The position numbers were made by a program, and so were the translations under genes. 64,000 nucleotides of DNA from a virus (Duplodnaviria > Caudoviricetes): IMG/VR virus record IMGVR_UViG_2895532408_000002, positions 1-64,000 of that record; one strand, written 5' to 3'. Each line of letters opens with the position of its first letter. The first letter of the stretch is position 1. The notes below the pieces were generated by a model. It did no database searches, was not told the DNA's origin, and saw only the letters and a program-made list of their open reading frames with translations. Below, piece by piece: positions 10,472 through 20,225 of the stretch.

Positions 10472-11142
10472 GGTGCAGCGTCCGGCATATCAACTTCTTC
10501 CCAGTTAGGGTCGTCAAACTCCGGTCCTAGTTCCTCAAACTGTGGTTCATTAGCGGATACAACGAACTCAGACATTATCTTGTGAACCAAATCGTAAGTT
10601 AGATCACAATCCGATACCGCACGGTGTAAGGTCCCATTCGGTGTAATACCCTCAAGCGCGGCGGCATCTACTAGCTTAAAGCTGCGGTTGCGACCATGAA
10701 GGTGATTATAGATACGAGCCCTTCTGGAATACTCCGTCATAGCGCAGAAGTATTCTTTGGCGCCAAAGTACCCGTTACAGTTAATATTCCAAGCGGCATT
10801 TGTTTGAACGAGCATCTGAATATCGAAGTTAGCGTTATAGATAATGACGGTTTTTCCTCTCACAGCCTCTATCAGCTTATAGCGAACCTCCGGCCAAGTA
10901 GGTGCCAAAGCACAAGACTGAAGGCTAATGCCGTGAACAGCTTGTGCTTTAGGGTCAATATCCCGAGTAGGGCGTACCAATGTATCAAGCAATACTTTTC
11001 CGGTTAGTCCATCTTTTACCGCAATTTCTACGATTTGATGGCCATGGCCTATACCTGTCGTTTCAGTATCTAAAGTACACCAGTGTTTTCCAAGTAGATA
11101 CGAAAACGGAGCTGGTAAGTTATTTCCGGTTGCTGGGGCCAT
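10456..11142 (-). CDS. DEDDh 3'-5' exonuclease (DnaQ-like)
   Basis: LDTETTG, YNANFD, HRAVSD. Confidence 0.9.
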   Translation of the reverse strand: MAPATGNNLPAPFSYLLGKHWCTLDTETTGIGHGHQIVEIAVKDGLTGKVLLDTLVRPTRDIDPKAQAVHGISLQSCALAPTWPEVRYKLIEAVRGKTVIIYNANFDIQMLVQTNAAWNINCNGYFGAKEYFCAMTEYSRRARIYNHLHGRNRSFKLVDAAALEGITPNGTLHRAVSDCDLTYDLVHKIMSEFVVSANEPQFEELGPEFDDPNWEEVDMPDAAPWREL

Positions 11143-11323
11143 GTTTGTCTCTCAGTAAAGGATGTTGCGGGTTTAGTTCCCGCAACGCATGTTCAAGTAA
11201 TAAGGCGCGTTCTATCTGGCTACTTATTTGTGTGATAAGCCGAGACTTATCACACAAAGAACCACAACAAAACTCAGCCTCAGGAGTAAGCTGTACTATC
11301 ACCCCTGGAATATGCGAACTCAT
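11120..11323 (-). CDS. Hypothetical protein
   Basis: Overlaps both neighbours, consistent with translational coupling. Confidence 0.5.
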   Translation of the reverse strand: MSSHIPGVIVQLTPEAEFCCGSLCDKSRLITQISSQIERALLLEHALRELNPQHPLLRDKHGPSNRK

Positions 11324-14193
11324 GCGGCCACCTCCACAGGGACTAAAGGATCGTGTCCCATAAGATAAGCAACTACATTATGTCGGTATTCCGTGGTGAG
11401 CTTAGTATCTTTCAGTTCCTTTGGAATATACCCTTCAAGCTCCGGTGCTTCATCGAGTTCGACTTGACCGAACGGGGCCTTCGTAGGGTGATACGGCTCG
11501 AGCGTGCGACCAACTGAAACGGTACCATCTAGTTTCAACCAGCTCACTAAGTCAGGGTGACTACACATCACTTCGAGTATGCGTTGACCGAAATCAACAG
11601 CTTGGTCCCATCGTACACTAAATACTAATTCATCGTGAATAGGCATTACGATATCTGCGTCCCATTTTGTATCTGGGGCATTAATCTCGTGCCATAGTTT
11701 GAGCATCGAGCGCTTAGCTAACGTTGCACAACCACCTTGAATTTTAGCATTTACCGCTTGGTTCCCAGCTCGGCGTTGAATCTTCTTAGCGATAAACGCC
11801 CCGAACTGTGACAATACCGGATCGTTATACGCATCCCACTTGGCCGTGAAGTGATAGAACCAATCGTTGGTACCTTCGTATTTGTAACGTCTGTGGCCAT
11901 CGAAGATATCAACGTAACCTTGTACTTCAATCTCGCGCTGGGTGTTTATTCTCCATTGCTCTGCAACAGGGAAGGTATCTCGATAGTTGTCGGTACCCGC
12001 CCACATTTCATCCGACGTCCAACCTAGCTTATCCTGTACCGTCATTAGAGAGCCCGAGTACCAGTAACCGAAGTTAGAAGGTTTACCGGCTGAACCACGC
12101 CACCACTTAGCAACTTCATAAGGTTCAAGCGCGGCGTTTTTAACTGGGTCTATAAGAACTCTGGAATACTGTAGTTTGAACGCTTCTAATTCTGGGCCCT
12201 CGAGGTTCTTCACGCTGGCCAACATTCCCGAAGTAAAATCAGGGTAGAAAACTTTGATTGCTGAGGTTGCCGCGCCTAAATGCAAATCATCGTAAGGTAT
12301 CTGGCCATAAGCCTTCTGGAAGTTAGGGTCTTTACTTAGCTCCCCAATCAACACAAGTTCTACCTGAGACCAATCCACAGCAACCAATAAATGGTCGTCT
12401 CTGTGTGGTAAGAAGAACCCACGAATATAGGTAGACTCACCACGTTTGCTTAGCTGCATCGGGTTAGGGTTCTCAGCGGCCATCCGGCGTGTGTTAAGCC
12501 GCGAACTAATAATCGGGTACATGCGGTCTGTATCAGGGTCCGTAAGTAACAGGTAGTTGGTGATATACAACTTCATTCGCTGTTCTATCTGGGCCAGCTT
12601 GTTAATTGCTGTTATTACTCGCTTGGCTGTCTCTGTCGGGTACTGTTCACAACACTGTTCAGCAAGGACTTGTAACGTTTCGTCCGGTAGCTCGGTTAAC
12701 TGGCCATAGCGTTTCCATTCCTTAATCCAAAACGCAGGGTCCGCGCCTAAACGTTCAGCATATTCAATCAGCTTACCGCGTGCCTCCGCGTCCGTTTTAA
12801 TATCCCCTTTGATATAAACGAACGGCAGATACAGTAAGTCGTGGAATAACGTGCGCTGCACCATGTAATGTGAGAAGTTGCCGCGTAAGTCGAGTTCCTT
12901 CTTCTTGAGCTTGAACTTTTCTTCGGCCATCCAGGGGATCGATACCGGCCCCGCGGTTAGTGTGGCGAAATCGAAGTCCTCAACGGCCATATCTTGGTCG
13001 TATGCTTGTATAAAGTCCGCATAACCCTCTTTTAGAAACAATATCTTGTCACGATAGCGCTGGTACGAAATACCTTCCTTACCGACATACCATTTAGGCT
13101 GTTTCTGATAGAGACGCGGGGCAGGGGCCTCGGGGAACTCTAAGGTTTGAAGTAGTTCGCCTAATTCCTTAATCACTTCTATGTAGTTGGCGCGTTCCGT
13201 TTCACGGCGGGAGAGAACCGCATCTTTATTAACACGCCAGCCTTTTACCCAGCAATCCGAGTAGACGTAGCACATTGGGTTTTCTTGCTCGAAGAAGGTA
13301 CGTAAAACTGCAGGGTTCGTGTTCTGCATGAACTGGCAAAGCCAATCATAAATACGTACACACCAGTAAGCATCGTCCGCCCCATAGTGAAGGACTTCTT
13401 CGCCGGTAAGTAAACCCATATGGGCTTTACCTTGAAGCGCATCTTTAAATGACGTCTGCTTGTAGCCAAAGATACGCTCTGTGATCTGCTTTAGGTTGTA
13501 CCCGTAGTTAATCGACTTCACATACCCATTGTAGCTATGGTCGGCCTTCGACTCTTTGGCCAATACCTTTTGCATAAGTTCTTGTTGGGCGGTATCGAGC
13601 TTTCTAAAGTCTTGAACCCCCGCGAAGGTACGGCGTATCTGAGGGATAAGCTTCTTAATACCTAGTAGGTCCGCTTGTCTAAATGTATTAATATCATATT
13701 GGTCTGAATTGTACGCAGATACCGCCATTTGAAGCGTGTCTACGTAGTTCCAACCTAAATCGATACCTAAACTTTTAAAACACATCGTCCGCTCAAAAGG
13801 ATAGTTATGAATTATCTTCAGCGGATGGTCTGCCATATACTGAACAAAACTACGTATAACATCCGGCGCTATGCGGTTATCTGCATCAGCGTGGGCGGCG
13901 TTTGCATAGTAAACAGTAGTATCCCCTCGGATATACAGAGAAAAGCCCGTCACCGTTGTTCTATTGATATCAAAGACCAGCTTCTTAGGGTTGCGGTAGT
14001 CCTCATCATCTTTGTTTAACTTCATGAATTGGTTCAGGCCTTCGTGCCTGTCAGCGTCATGGGTTTCGATATCGAAACCCACAGGCTGTCCCATCTGGTT
14101 AATTTTAGCTTTGATTTCTTCGAGAACGTGGACGTTACGAGCATCAACCAATTGCTCGACCAGTCCAGTTCTCTCGTTAATTTGCGAGTACAT
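11320..14193 (-). CDS. Family A DNA polymerase with 3'-5' exonuclease domain
   Basis: FDIET exo I; motif A DWSQVEL; motif B KPSNFGYWY; motif C IHDEL. Confidence 0.93.
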   Translation of the reverse strand: MYSQINERTGLVEQLVDARNVHVLEEIKAKINQMGQPVGFDIETHDADRHEGLNQFMKLNKDDEDYRNPKKLVFDINRTTVTGFSLYIRGDTTVYYANAAHADADNRIAPDVIRSFVQYMADHPLKIIHNYPFERTMCFKSLGIDLGWNYVDTLQMAVSAYNSDQYDINTFRQADLLGIKKLIPQIRRTFAGVQDFRKLDTAQQELMQKVLAKESKADHSYNGYVKSINYGYNLKQITERIFGYKQTSFKDALQGKAHMGLLTGEEVLHYGADDAYWCVRIYDWLCQFMQNTNPAVLRTFFEQENPMCYVYSDCWVKGWRVNKDAVLSRRETERANYIEVIKELGELLQTLEFPEAPAPRLYQKQPKWYVGKEGISYQRYRDKILFLKEGYADFIQAYDQDMAVEDFDFATLTAGPVSIPWMAEEKFKLKKKELDLRGNFSHYMVQRTLFHDLLYLPFVYIKGDIKTDAEARGKLIEYAERLGADPAFWIKEWKRYGQLTELPDETLQVLAEQCCEQYPTETAKRVITAINKLAQIEQRMKLYITNYLLLTDPDTDRMYPIISSRLNTRRMAAENPNPMQLSKRGESTYIRGFFLPHRDDHLLVAVDWSQVELVLIGELSKDPNFQKAYGQIPYDDLHLGAATSAIKVFYPDFTSGMLASVKNLEGPELEAFKLQYSRVLIDPVKNAALEPYEVAKWWRGSAGKPSNFGYWYSGSLMTVQDKLGWTSDEMWAGTDNYRDTFPVAEQWRINTQREIEVQGYVDIFDGHRRYKYEGTNDWFYHFTAKWDAYNDPVLSQFGAFIAKKIQRRAGNQAVNAKIQGGCATLAKRSMLKLWHEINAPDTKWDADIVMPIHDELVFSVRWDQAVDFGQRILEVMCSHPDLVSWLKLDGTVSVGRTLEPYHPTKAPFGQVELDEAPELEGYIPKELKDTKLTTEYRHNVVAYLMGHDPLVPVEVAA

Positions 14194-14633
14194 TACTTTG
14201 ACTCGGGCTTCTTGTCATAAATATACCCGCCCTCCGAAAAGGACCCGCACATTTTTGTAACAGTAGGGGGTATCTTCTCGTTCTGTGGGCCTTCGGGTTT
14301 ATTTCTAACTACTACTTCAGGTGCGCTTTCTTCTGGCTTTTCAGAAGGGATGGCTGGCTCATCAAAGAGCCTACCTAACTCGCCCATAACACGCTGTACG
14401 CCCCCCTCGTTATGTTTTGCTGCGAGGTAAGCGTCTTTGAGCGCAATAACTTGTTTAGGGTTAAGGTAGCCCAGCTTATACAACGCTTGATTAATACCCT
14501 CGTCTTGTAAGAAAACAATTTGCTTCGTTATATGATTGAATAACGATTCCTGTCTTGGGAACGCTACGGACTGTTCAATCACTTCATTATTGAACGCGGT
14601 CGTTACATTTATGTCTGGTTTATACTCTGGCAT
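14193..14633 (-). CDS. Hypothetical protein
   Basis: ATG directly after GGAGATTGACG. Confidence 0.65.
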   Translation of the reverse strand: MPEYKPDINVTTAFNNEVIEQSVAFPRQESLFNHITKQIVFLQDEGINQALYKLGYLNPKQVIALKDAYLAAKHNEGGVQRVMGELGRLFDEPAIPSEKPEESAPEVVVRNKPEGPQNEKIPPTVTKMCGSFSEGGYIYDKKPESK

Positions 14634-14644
14634 CGTCAATCTCC

Positions 14645-15535
14645 TTACACTTCATCAGCATCAAGGTTAAACGCCGCTTTAAGGTCCAGCGCTAACGATA
14701 GAAGTGCACTGGCCCCGAGATAAATTTCTGAATCAAGACGCGCTTCCTGTTGGTCCTTAGGAATATCGTCGCTTTCTTCAATCAAGCGGTCTGAGTACTT
14801 GATACGCTTAACAGAACCATCTTCACAAAGCATAGCGGTCAATTGGTCGTCATAACTGACAGCAAGTTTCTGAACGAGCTTGCCTGAGTCTAGGCACAGT
14901 TGAATTTCTTCAGATGCAAGCTCTTGGTTCTTGGCTCGGATAACAGCCTTTGTATCATCCGTGGCTTGAAGCTCAGTCTCTTCGAGCAATTCGAACTTGT
15001 CAGGGTGGCCATTAACAAGCCAGCTTGTTAAGTCTGAAGCAAGAGAGCGTCTTGCGAATGGAACTACCGGTAAACTACCCAGCGCTTTACGAAGTACCGC
15101 AAGGAAGATTTCGGCCTCCCCATCTGAAGAGGCCTTCACGAACACAAGTTTATGCTCTGGGATGATGGTGCCAATGGTTGAGGTTTGATCCGTGAAAGCA
15201 CGCGGAGTTAGCTGGGCTACGATTTGCTCTTTCAAATCTGAGCGTTGCTTCTTGCCAACCGGTGAACCAGTTTCCGCTTCAATCAGCTTAACTTTTTCTT
15301 CTAACTCACGGTTGATAACACGGGCCGGTAGTATCTTGCTCTCTTTTAAAAGCTTAACCGTGTAAATACCTTGAACTTCGTGAGCCAGTAGCGAGCCAAT
15401 AATAGGCGCAAAACCTAAAGAGGCCAGGGTATGTGAACCACAGGGGTGAAAGGGGATTGCCTCTAGCGCTGGGCCTAGGTTAGACAAGTCTACATTTTGA
15501 GTGAGTGAATAAATCTTTGCGTTTTTAAAATACAT
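14645..15535 (-). CDS. rdgC: Recombination-associated protein RdgC
   Basis: MYFKNAKIY...ESKILPARVI...LTPRAF...LRKALGSLPVVP...GKLVQKLA. Confidence 0.92.
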   Translation of the reverse strand: MYFKNAKIYSLTQNVDLSNLGPALEAIPFHPCGSHTLASLGFAPIIGSLLAHEVQGIYTVKLLKESKILPARVINRELEEKVKLIEAETGSPVGKKQRSDLKEQIVAQLTPRAFTDQTSTIGTIIPEHKLVFVKASSDGEAEIFLAVLRKALGSLPVVPFARRSLASDLTSWLVNGHPDKFELLEETELQATDDTKAVIRAKNQELASEEIQLCLDSGKLVQKLAVSYDDQLTAMLCEDGSVKRIKYSDRLIEESDDIPKDQQEARLDSEIYLGASALLSLALDLKAAFNLDADEV

Positions 15536-15544
15536 CGTCAATTT

Positions 15545-15747
15545 CCTGTTTTTAGTTAAGCTGGTAGTTGTTGTTTCATTTCTTCAACATCGGTCATAGC
15601 ATCCCCACAACAATCTCTAAGGCATGGCTTCCAATGTCGTTCTGCGAATTCTTGAACAATCTCTAAGGCTTTCGCAACTTCCTCAAGAGACTCTTTAGTT
15701 TCCGTTGGCATCACCTATACCCTGTTTTTAGTTAAGCTGGTAGTTGT
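15545..15747. repeat. 27-bp direct repeat CCTGTTTTTAGTTAAGCTGGTAGTTGT (15545-15571 and 15721-15747)
   Basis: Two identical copies bracketing a small ORF. Confidence 0.9.
15556..15711 (-). CDS. 51-aa hypothetical protein not in the ORF track (MPTETKESLEEV...QQLPA)
   Basis: Hand translation; fills the gap; flanked by 27-bp repeats. Confidence 0.6.
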   Translation of the reverse strand: MPTETKESLEEVAKALEIVQEFAERHWKPCLRDCCGDAMTDVEEMKQQLPA

Positions 15748-15941
15748 GGGCTGTACGTTGATACCTCACCTTCATACAGTCGCGCTATTTCGTTCCAGTT
15801 TTGTGTACCGTGTGAGCCCCTGGCCGGAAGCATCAAAATACGGTCTTCACAAACGTGACAGAAGCAAGCCCAGTTACTCGCGCCGCCAGCCCCACAATCA
15901 GGGCAGACGACACGGATCATCTTAAGTTCTGATATGTTCAT
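15732..15941 (-). CDS. Small Cys-rich (putative Zn-binding) protein
   Basis: CPDC...CFCHVC; ATG at 15941 preferred over the longer track start. Confidence 0.55.
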   Translation of the reverse strand: MNISELKMIRVVCPDCGAGGASNWACFCHVCEDRILMLPARGSHGTQNWNEIARLYEGEVSTYSPQLPA

Positions 15942-16107
15942 TCTTAAACCCCATGCGATAGAACTTATCTTTAATCGCAACAAGTGTTCGATTTGGGAAC
16001 TCCGATTTAAGTTCCTCGAACGTTGTTTTATTCCTAGCCATTTTAAACAGCTTGGTTTCTTCTTCAGTGGACCAAGCAATCTTTTTCGTTTTTCTATTTC
16101 TCAGCAT
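15922..16107 (-). CDS. Small Myb/SANT-like helix-turn-helix protein
   Basis: WSTEEETKL...FPNRTLVAIKDKF pattern; AAGG upstream of ATG. Confidence 0.55.
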   Translation of the reverse strand: MLRNRKTKKIAWSTEEETKLFKMARNKTTFEELKSEFPNRTLVAIKDKFYRMGFKNEHIRT

Positions 16108-16109
16108 CC

Positions 16110-16268
16110 TTAAAAACCTCTTGAAGGATCATACACGCCTCTAGGCTCTCTGCTCGGGAGGTCCTTTAAACGCTTCCCTGCGGTACCATCACGCTTCGTA
16201 AAACTTGTAACTGGTATGCGGTTCTCTTTGTTCTGAGACTCTTTAAAACGGTCGTATTCTTTACCCAT
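16110..16268 (-). CDS. 52-aa hypothetical protein not in the ORF track (MGKEYDRFKES...SRGF)
   Basis: Hand translation; fills the gap between neighbours. Confidence 0.55.
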   Translation of the reverse strand: MGKEYDRFKESQNKENRIPVTSFTKRDGTAGKRLKDLPSREPRGVYDPSRGF

Positions 16269-16272
16269 AACC

Positions 16273-16479
16273 CTATAACCTCATCCAAGTTTGATAATCT
16301 GCTTCAGTAAGGTGTTCCTCTCGCTCTACTTCTCGCTTCTCATGTTCAGCTAAAGCGCTCTTATGTTCTGAACAAGCGAACTTGCCGGCAAAGCCGTTCT
16401 CGCGGTAAACCGCTCTTTCAGTTTTAGGCTCACAGAAAGAACACCACGGGCCACGCTGATTAGCTTTTAGTTTTTTCAT
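16273..16479 (-). CDS. Small hypothetical protein with CxxC...CxxH
   Basis: WCSFC...ACSEH. Confidence 0.55.
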   Translation of the reverse strand: MKKLKANQRGPWCSFCEPKTERAVYRENGFAGKFACSEHKSALAEHEKREVEREEHLTEADYQTWMRL

Positions 16480-17014
16480 CGTCTTGCTCCTTGCGTAGTT
16501 GTTCAAGGCTTGTTGTTTCAACTCTATGCTCGTGACTTTTAAGCATGTACAGCGGGATATAGCAACTACCGCTCGTGTCGGGATAAAAAGACCCTTCCTC
16601 TACTTTTGCGTATTTAATTTGATCTCCGTTCGTGAAGCCAACATGCACAAGTTCGTTGTTTCTGGCGTCTCGCTCCAACCCCTCAACTTTAGTCACTAAC
16701 TCCTTATGCGATTCAATTAAGGCCTCCGTAATACTTTTCCCTAGCTCAACCTCTACGTTCTCCCGACAGTAATCCCAGATAGGGGTTAGAACCTCCCCAT
16801 ACTCTTTGTTTACTCGGGAGAGGTTTTCCAAACGCTTATTCGCATCCTTTAAAACCTTTTGACCATCCTCAAAGGCTTCGAAAAGGTCCTTATATTCCCT
16901 GTCTTTTTCGTGTAGCTTCGCACTCATTTCATTCAGAAATTCTACAACCCTAGTCATTGGCAATTTAAAATCTTTGCGATAAATAAACCCGTTATAAAAT
17001 TTGTATTCGCTCAC
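16460..17014 (-). CDS. Hypothetical coiled-coil protein
   Basis: 184-aa ORF overlapping both neighbours. Confidence 0.6.
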   Translation of the reverse strand: MSEYKFYNGFIYRKDFKLPMTRVVEFLNEMSAKLHEKDREYKDLFEAFEDGQKVLKDANKRLENLSRVNKEYGEVLTPIWDYCRENVEVELGKSITEALIESHKELVTKVEGLERDARNNELVHVGFTNGDQIKYAKVEEGSFYPDTSGSCYIPLYMLKSHEHRVETTSLEQLRKEQDDEKTKS

Positions 17015-17529
17015 GCCACTTTCTCCTTTTCAAGCTGGTCGTTCTCCCACTTTGATAGGTAATCGAACGCGCCAAGGTTTTCGTAGATTTTTCCAAGAGT
17101 ATCGAGGTCGAGGTTTTCGGTTTCGTCAATAACGGGAATAGCGACCCAGGCCATTGTGATAATATGGAGTGGGTTTTGTTTTTCTTTGAAGGCCACATGA
17201 ACATCGTTCAGGTACTTATTTAAACGCTCATCCGATTGGCGGTAACGCGATTGGAAATAATGAGGTTCACTTACGACGTATTCTTTGCCGTTCTGATCAC
17301 GACAAACCACCGAACACTCGTAATACCAATTGAAACAACCCTTCTCAACACTCTCGGCCACCTCAACCGATACGTTAAGTTCCTCGCCTGTCTTATAGTC
17401 AATAAGCGTGCAATATTTTGTTTCACCTAAAACCATAGCGATAGCAAAGTTCTTCACCCTGTCGCGAACAACGAGGTCCAGATACTTTCGAGGGTTGTAT
17501 TTCTTATTGCGTTTGGCTTTCTTTTTCAT
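17011..17529 (-). CDS. Hypothetical phage protein
   Basis: Basic N-terminus RNKKYNPRK; start-motif variant GGAAATTGACTGATG. Confidence 0.65.
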   Translation of the reverse strand: MKKKAKRNKKYNPRKYLDLVVRDRVKNFAIAMVLGETKYCTLIDYKTGEELNVSVEVAESVEKGCFNWYYECSVVCRDQNGKEYVVSEPHYFQSRYRQSDERLNKYLNDVHVAFKEKQNPLHIITMAWVAIPVIDETENLDLDTLGKIYENLGAFDYLSKWENDQLEKEKVA

Positions 17530-18133
17530 CAGTCAATTTCCGGTTGTCTATCTTCTTGCTTCTGCGCTTTGAGGGTTTATCCCAGTTAAGGCGCCCAACG
17601 TTTGAGTCCACTAAGAGAATCCCTGTGGGGTCCCAGCAGAACCACGCATACTCGCAGCTATCCCCACCTCCACCACTAAAGTCTGGGCGTGGTACCGCGA
17701 CAATAATTTTATCCGGCGGGTTATCCGCCCAGAACTGTTCTCGTTTCTTCGTACCTAAAGCGTTAATCCGCATTAAGAAGCATACGAACCCATGGTCTGC
17801 CACTTCGCTTCGTGCTTTGGTGACGAACGCTTCGAAGAGTGAGAAAGGGGGGTTAGTTACGATAATATCGAAGTGTATTGCGCCGAACTCCGCTTCTAGG
17901 TAGTTCAAGCCTTCTTGAATTTCGCAGTAATACTTTTCGAAATCCGAAGGTACCAAGTCGTAGATATTTCTTTTCAGGCCGCGGCACGGCTCTAGGAACC
18001 GAGCTGGCCTGTTATCATAAGACGCGAAGTGTCTTAGCGCATCCCAGTCGATATGCTTGAATAAAGCCTCAACAAGCTCTCTTGGGGTAGGGTAGTCTTC
18101 GAACTCCGCGACCTTTTTATTTGTGCTACTCAT
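17504..18133 (-). CDS. DNA amino (N6-adenine-type) methyltransferase
   Basis: YPTP, LEPCRG, IVTNPPFS. Confidence 0.85.
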   Translation of the reverse strand: MSSTNKKVAEFEDYPTPRELVEALFKHIDWDALRHFASYDNRPARFLEPCRGLKRNIYDLVPSDFEKYYCEIQEGLNYLEAEFGAIHFDIIVTNPPFSLFEAFVTKARSEVADHGFVCFLMRINALGTKKREQFWADNPPDKIIVAVPRPDFSGGGGDSCEYAWFCWDPTGILLVDSNVGRLNWDKPSKRRSKKIDNRKLTDEKESQTQ

Positions 18134-18164
18134 AATCGTTCTCGAGGGGCCGAAGCCCCAACCA

Positions 18165-18968
18165 CTATAAGTTGATAGGAATTGCTAAAGAGTCAAAAAC
18201 CGCTTTAGCTGCCACCGTGTCTTGCTTACCGATAATGGTGCCAGCGTGAATTTCGCTTTGAGGTACGTGGAAGAAACCGATGATCTTCCAGAACTTCTTC
18301 AGCTCATCACGGCTCTCAACAAATCGAGCAGCCATAGCTTTTGTGAATCCCGCTTCAGCTTCAACTTGCTCCGCTGTAATAGGCTCATCACTTTGCAGAG
18401 CATCTTCTAAGAAGCACTTCGCGGAGTCATTTAGTTTCTGGTACGTTCCATGGCCGAAACGTGCGAGACCCGTAATCGCATCCGATTTATCGCCAACCAG
18501 CGTTTTGTAGAGGCGCATATCATCAGGCTTGAATTCTTTAAGCTTCTCGCTCACGTAATCCATAGTTACCGTGTCGCTAAGCAGTTGGCGAAAATCTTGG
18601 TCGTTACTGTCGATAAAGATTTCAGTTTCAGGTGATTTGGTATTTACCAATTCAGCAATAACATCATCGGCTTCTCGGCCTTCGCATCGAATCTGGATAC
18701 AGCCTGAGTGTGTAAGCACTTCACGGAACTTATCCATGAAGAGATAGAATTCGTCGGTAGAGTCTGAACCGGCTTTATAGGCTGGGTGAATTTCTTGGCG
18801 AGGCTTTTTAGCGTTAGCGCCATCCCAAACCCAGATGAGTGAGCCGTTAGGAGAATTATTTGCACAGGCCTGAACATAGGCAAGAATAGCCCAGTTAGGA
18901 CCCTCACTTTCAAACTTGCGGCGAAGAAGATTGTTACCATCACAAACGTGTAGTTTTAGCTTTGTCAT
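18165..18968 (-). CDS. 5'-3' exonuclease / flap endonuclease
   Basis: DGNN, VWDG, EADDVIA, SNDQDFRQL, LVGDKSDAITG. Confidence 0.9.
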   Translation of the reverse strand: MTKLKLHVCDGNNLLRRKFESEGPNWAILAYVQACANNSPNGSLIWVWDGANAKKPRQEIHPAYKAGSDSTDEFYLFMDKFREVLTHSGCIQIRCEGREADDVIAELVNTKSPETEIFIDSNDQDFRQLLSDTVTMDYVSEKLKEFKPDDMRLYKTLVGDKSDAITGLARFGHGTYQKLNDSAKCFLEDALQSDEPITAEQVEAEAGFTKAMAARFVESRDELKKFWKIIGFFHVPQSEIHAGTIIGKQDTVAAKAVFDSLAIPINL

Positions 18969-19030
18969 ATCGTCAATTTCCGAGAGTAAAAGGGCCGGAC
19001 AAGCCGACCCTTATTAAGTTAATTAAAAGG

Positions 19031-20104
19031 TTATTGTGCTGCGATTTGGCCTTGTGAAGGACCAATCAGTTTGAATTCCAACGTACCCCACTTATACGTG
19101 ATACCTTTTGGTGCCACTGGTTGGTTAGACACTTCAACAATCACTTTCTGACCTAGTAACCCAGCTTGCTTACACGCATTGTGGAAGTTCTGCCAGTTCT
19201 GCCAGCCAGTCTTGGCCGTAGTGTGACCAATCATGATCCCTGCCTGAGCGATAACCGCGCCTTGCTGGTTAGCAATGTCGTTAAGTAAACGCATTGGTAA
19301 CTGAACGCTTGGGAACGGTACGTTTGGCTTTTTAGGGTCCGTAGTGGGGGCGCGGTAAGCTGTTATTACAGCATTCGCCCAAGGTTGACCATCTGAACCT
19401 GTCAAACCGTCGTAGGTGTGAACATAGTTGGTTTGGTCTCCTGTTGGGGTTGGCACCGTCCAGCGAACCATTTGGCAAAGCATATACCCAACGTTCTCAG
19501 TCATATCAATTTCAACCTGGAACGGGTTAAGAAGTGTTGCAGGAGCGCTACCTAAAACCATACCGTGGTAGCTTGGCTTCAACCAGTCTTGAACCAATAG
19601 GTCAGAGTTAGACATGGTATCCATCGACATTTCGCGCTGACCGATAAACTTAGCCAACTCTGGCGGTAAGTTAAGGGGTAGGTCCATGCCAGTGTTCCCA
19701 ACAGGGTTCACAGCCGTAGGTATTTGCTGAGCAGGGGCCGATTGTTGAACTTGCGCGGCTTGCTGAGCTTGTAACTGTTGTTGTAAGTGCTGTGGGATTG
19801 CACTGGTTTGCTGCGTATTAACCGGCGTGGTATTAGCTTGCTGGTTAACAACTTGCGGGTTAGCTTGCTGTGTGGCTTGCTGTGTGGCTTGCTGTGGTGC
19901 GGCTTCCGCAGTCTGAGTATAAGTCTCAGTCTGGTTAACAACTTGAGGGTTAGCTTGTTGCTGCGTAGTGTCGGCTTGTACCGTGTTAGCTTGCTGGTAG
20001 TCTTGACCCACGGCTTGCTGGGTAACTTGGCTTTCTTGCTGCGCAGTAGCGGCTTGAGCTGCGTTATTTTGAGCAGCGGCGATCATTTGTTCAATATTAT
20101 TCAT
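19031..20104 (-). CDS. Replication-cluster protein with long Gln-rich N-terminus, possibly ssDNA-binding
   Basis: Low-complexity Q/A/T N-terminal ~140 aa; function inferred only from position. Confidence 0.45.
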   Translation of the reverse strand: MNNIEQMIAAAQNNAAQAATAQQESQVTQQAVGQDYQQANTVQADTTQQQANPQVVNQTETYTQTAEAAPQQATQQATQQANPQVVNQQANTTPVNTQQTSAIPQHLQQQLQAQQAAQVQQSAPAQQIPTAVNPVGNTGMDLPLNLPPELAKFIGQREMSMDTMSNSDLLVQDWLKPSYHGMVLGSAPATLLNPFQVEIDMTENVGYMLCQMVRWTVPTPTGDQTNYVHTYDGLTGSDGQPWANAVITAYRAPTTDPKKPNVPFPSVQLPMRLLNDIANQQGAVIAQAGIMIGHTTAKTGWQNWQNFHNACKQAGLLGQKVIVEVSNQPVAPKGITYKWGTLEFKLIGPSQGQIAAQ

Positions 20105-20225
20105 CGTCAATTTCCTGATTATGGATTAATTACATTTTGATTGATTACTGTTTGTTCGGCTTTCGCCCTTCGCTTTTCTCCGAAGTTCAGCTATAACGCG
20201 GTTTTATGCGGTATAGATGATAACC

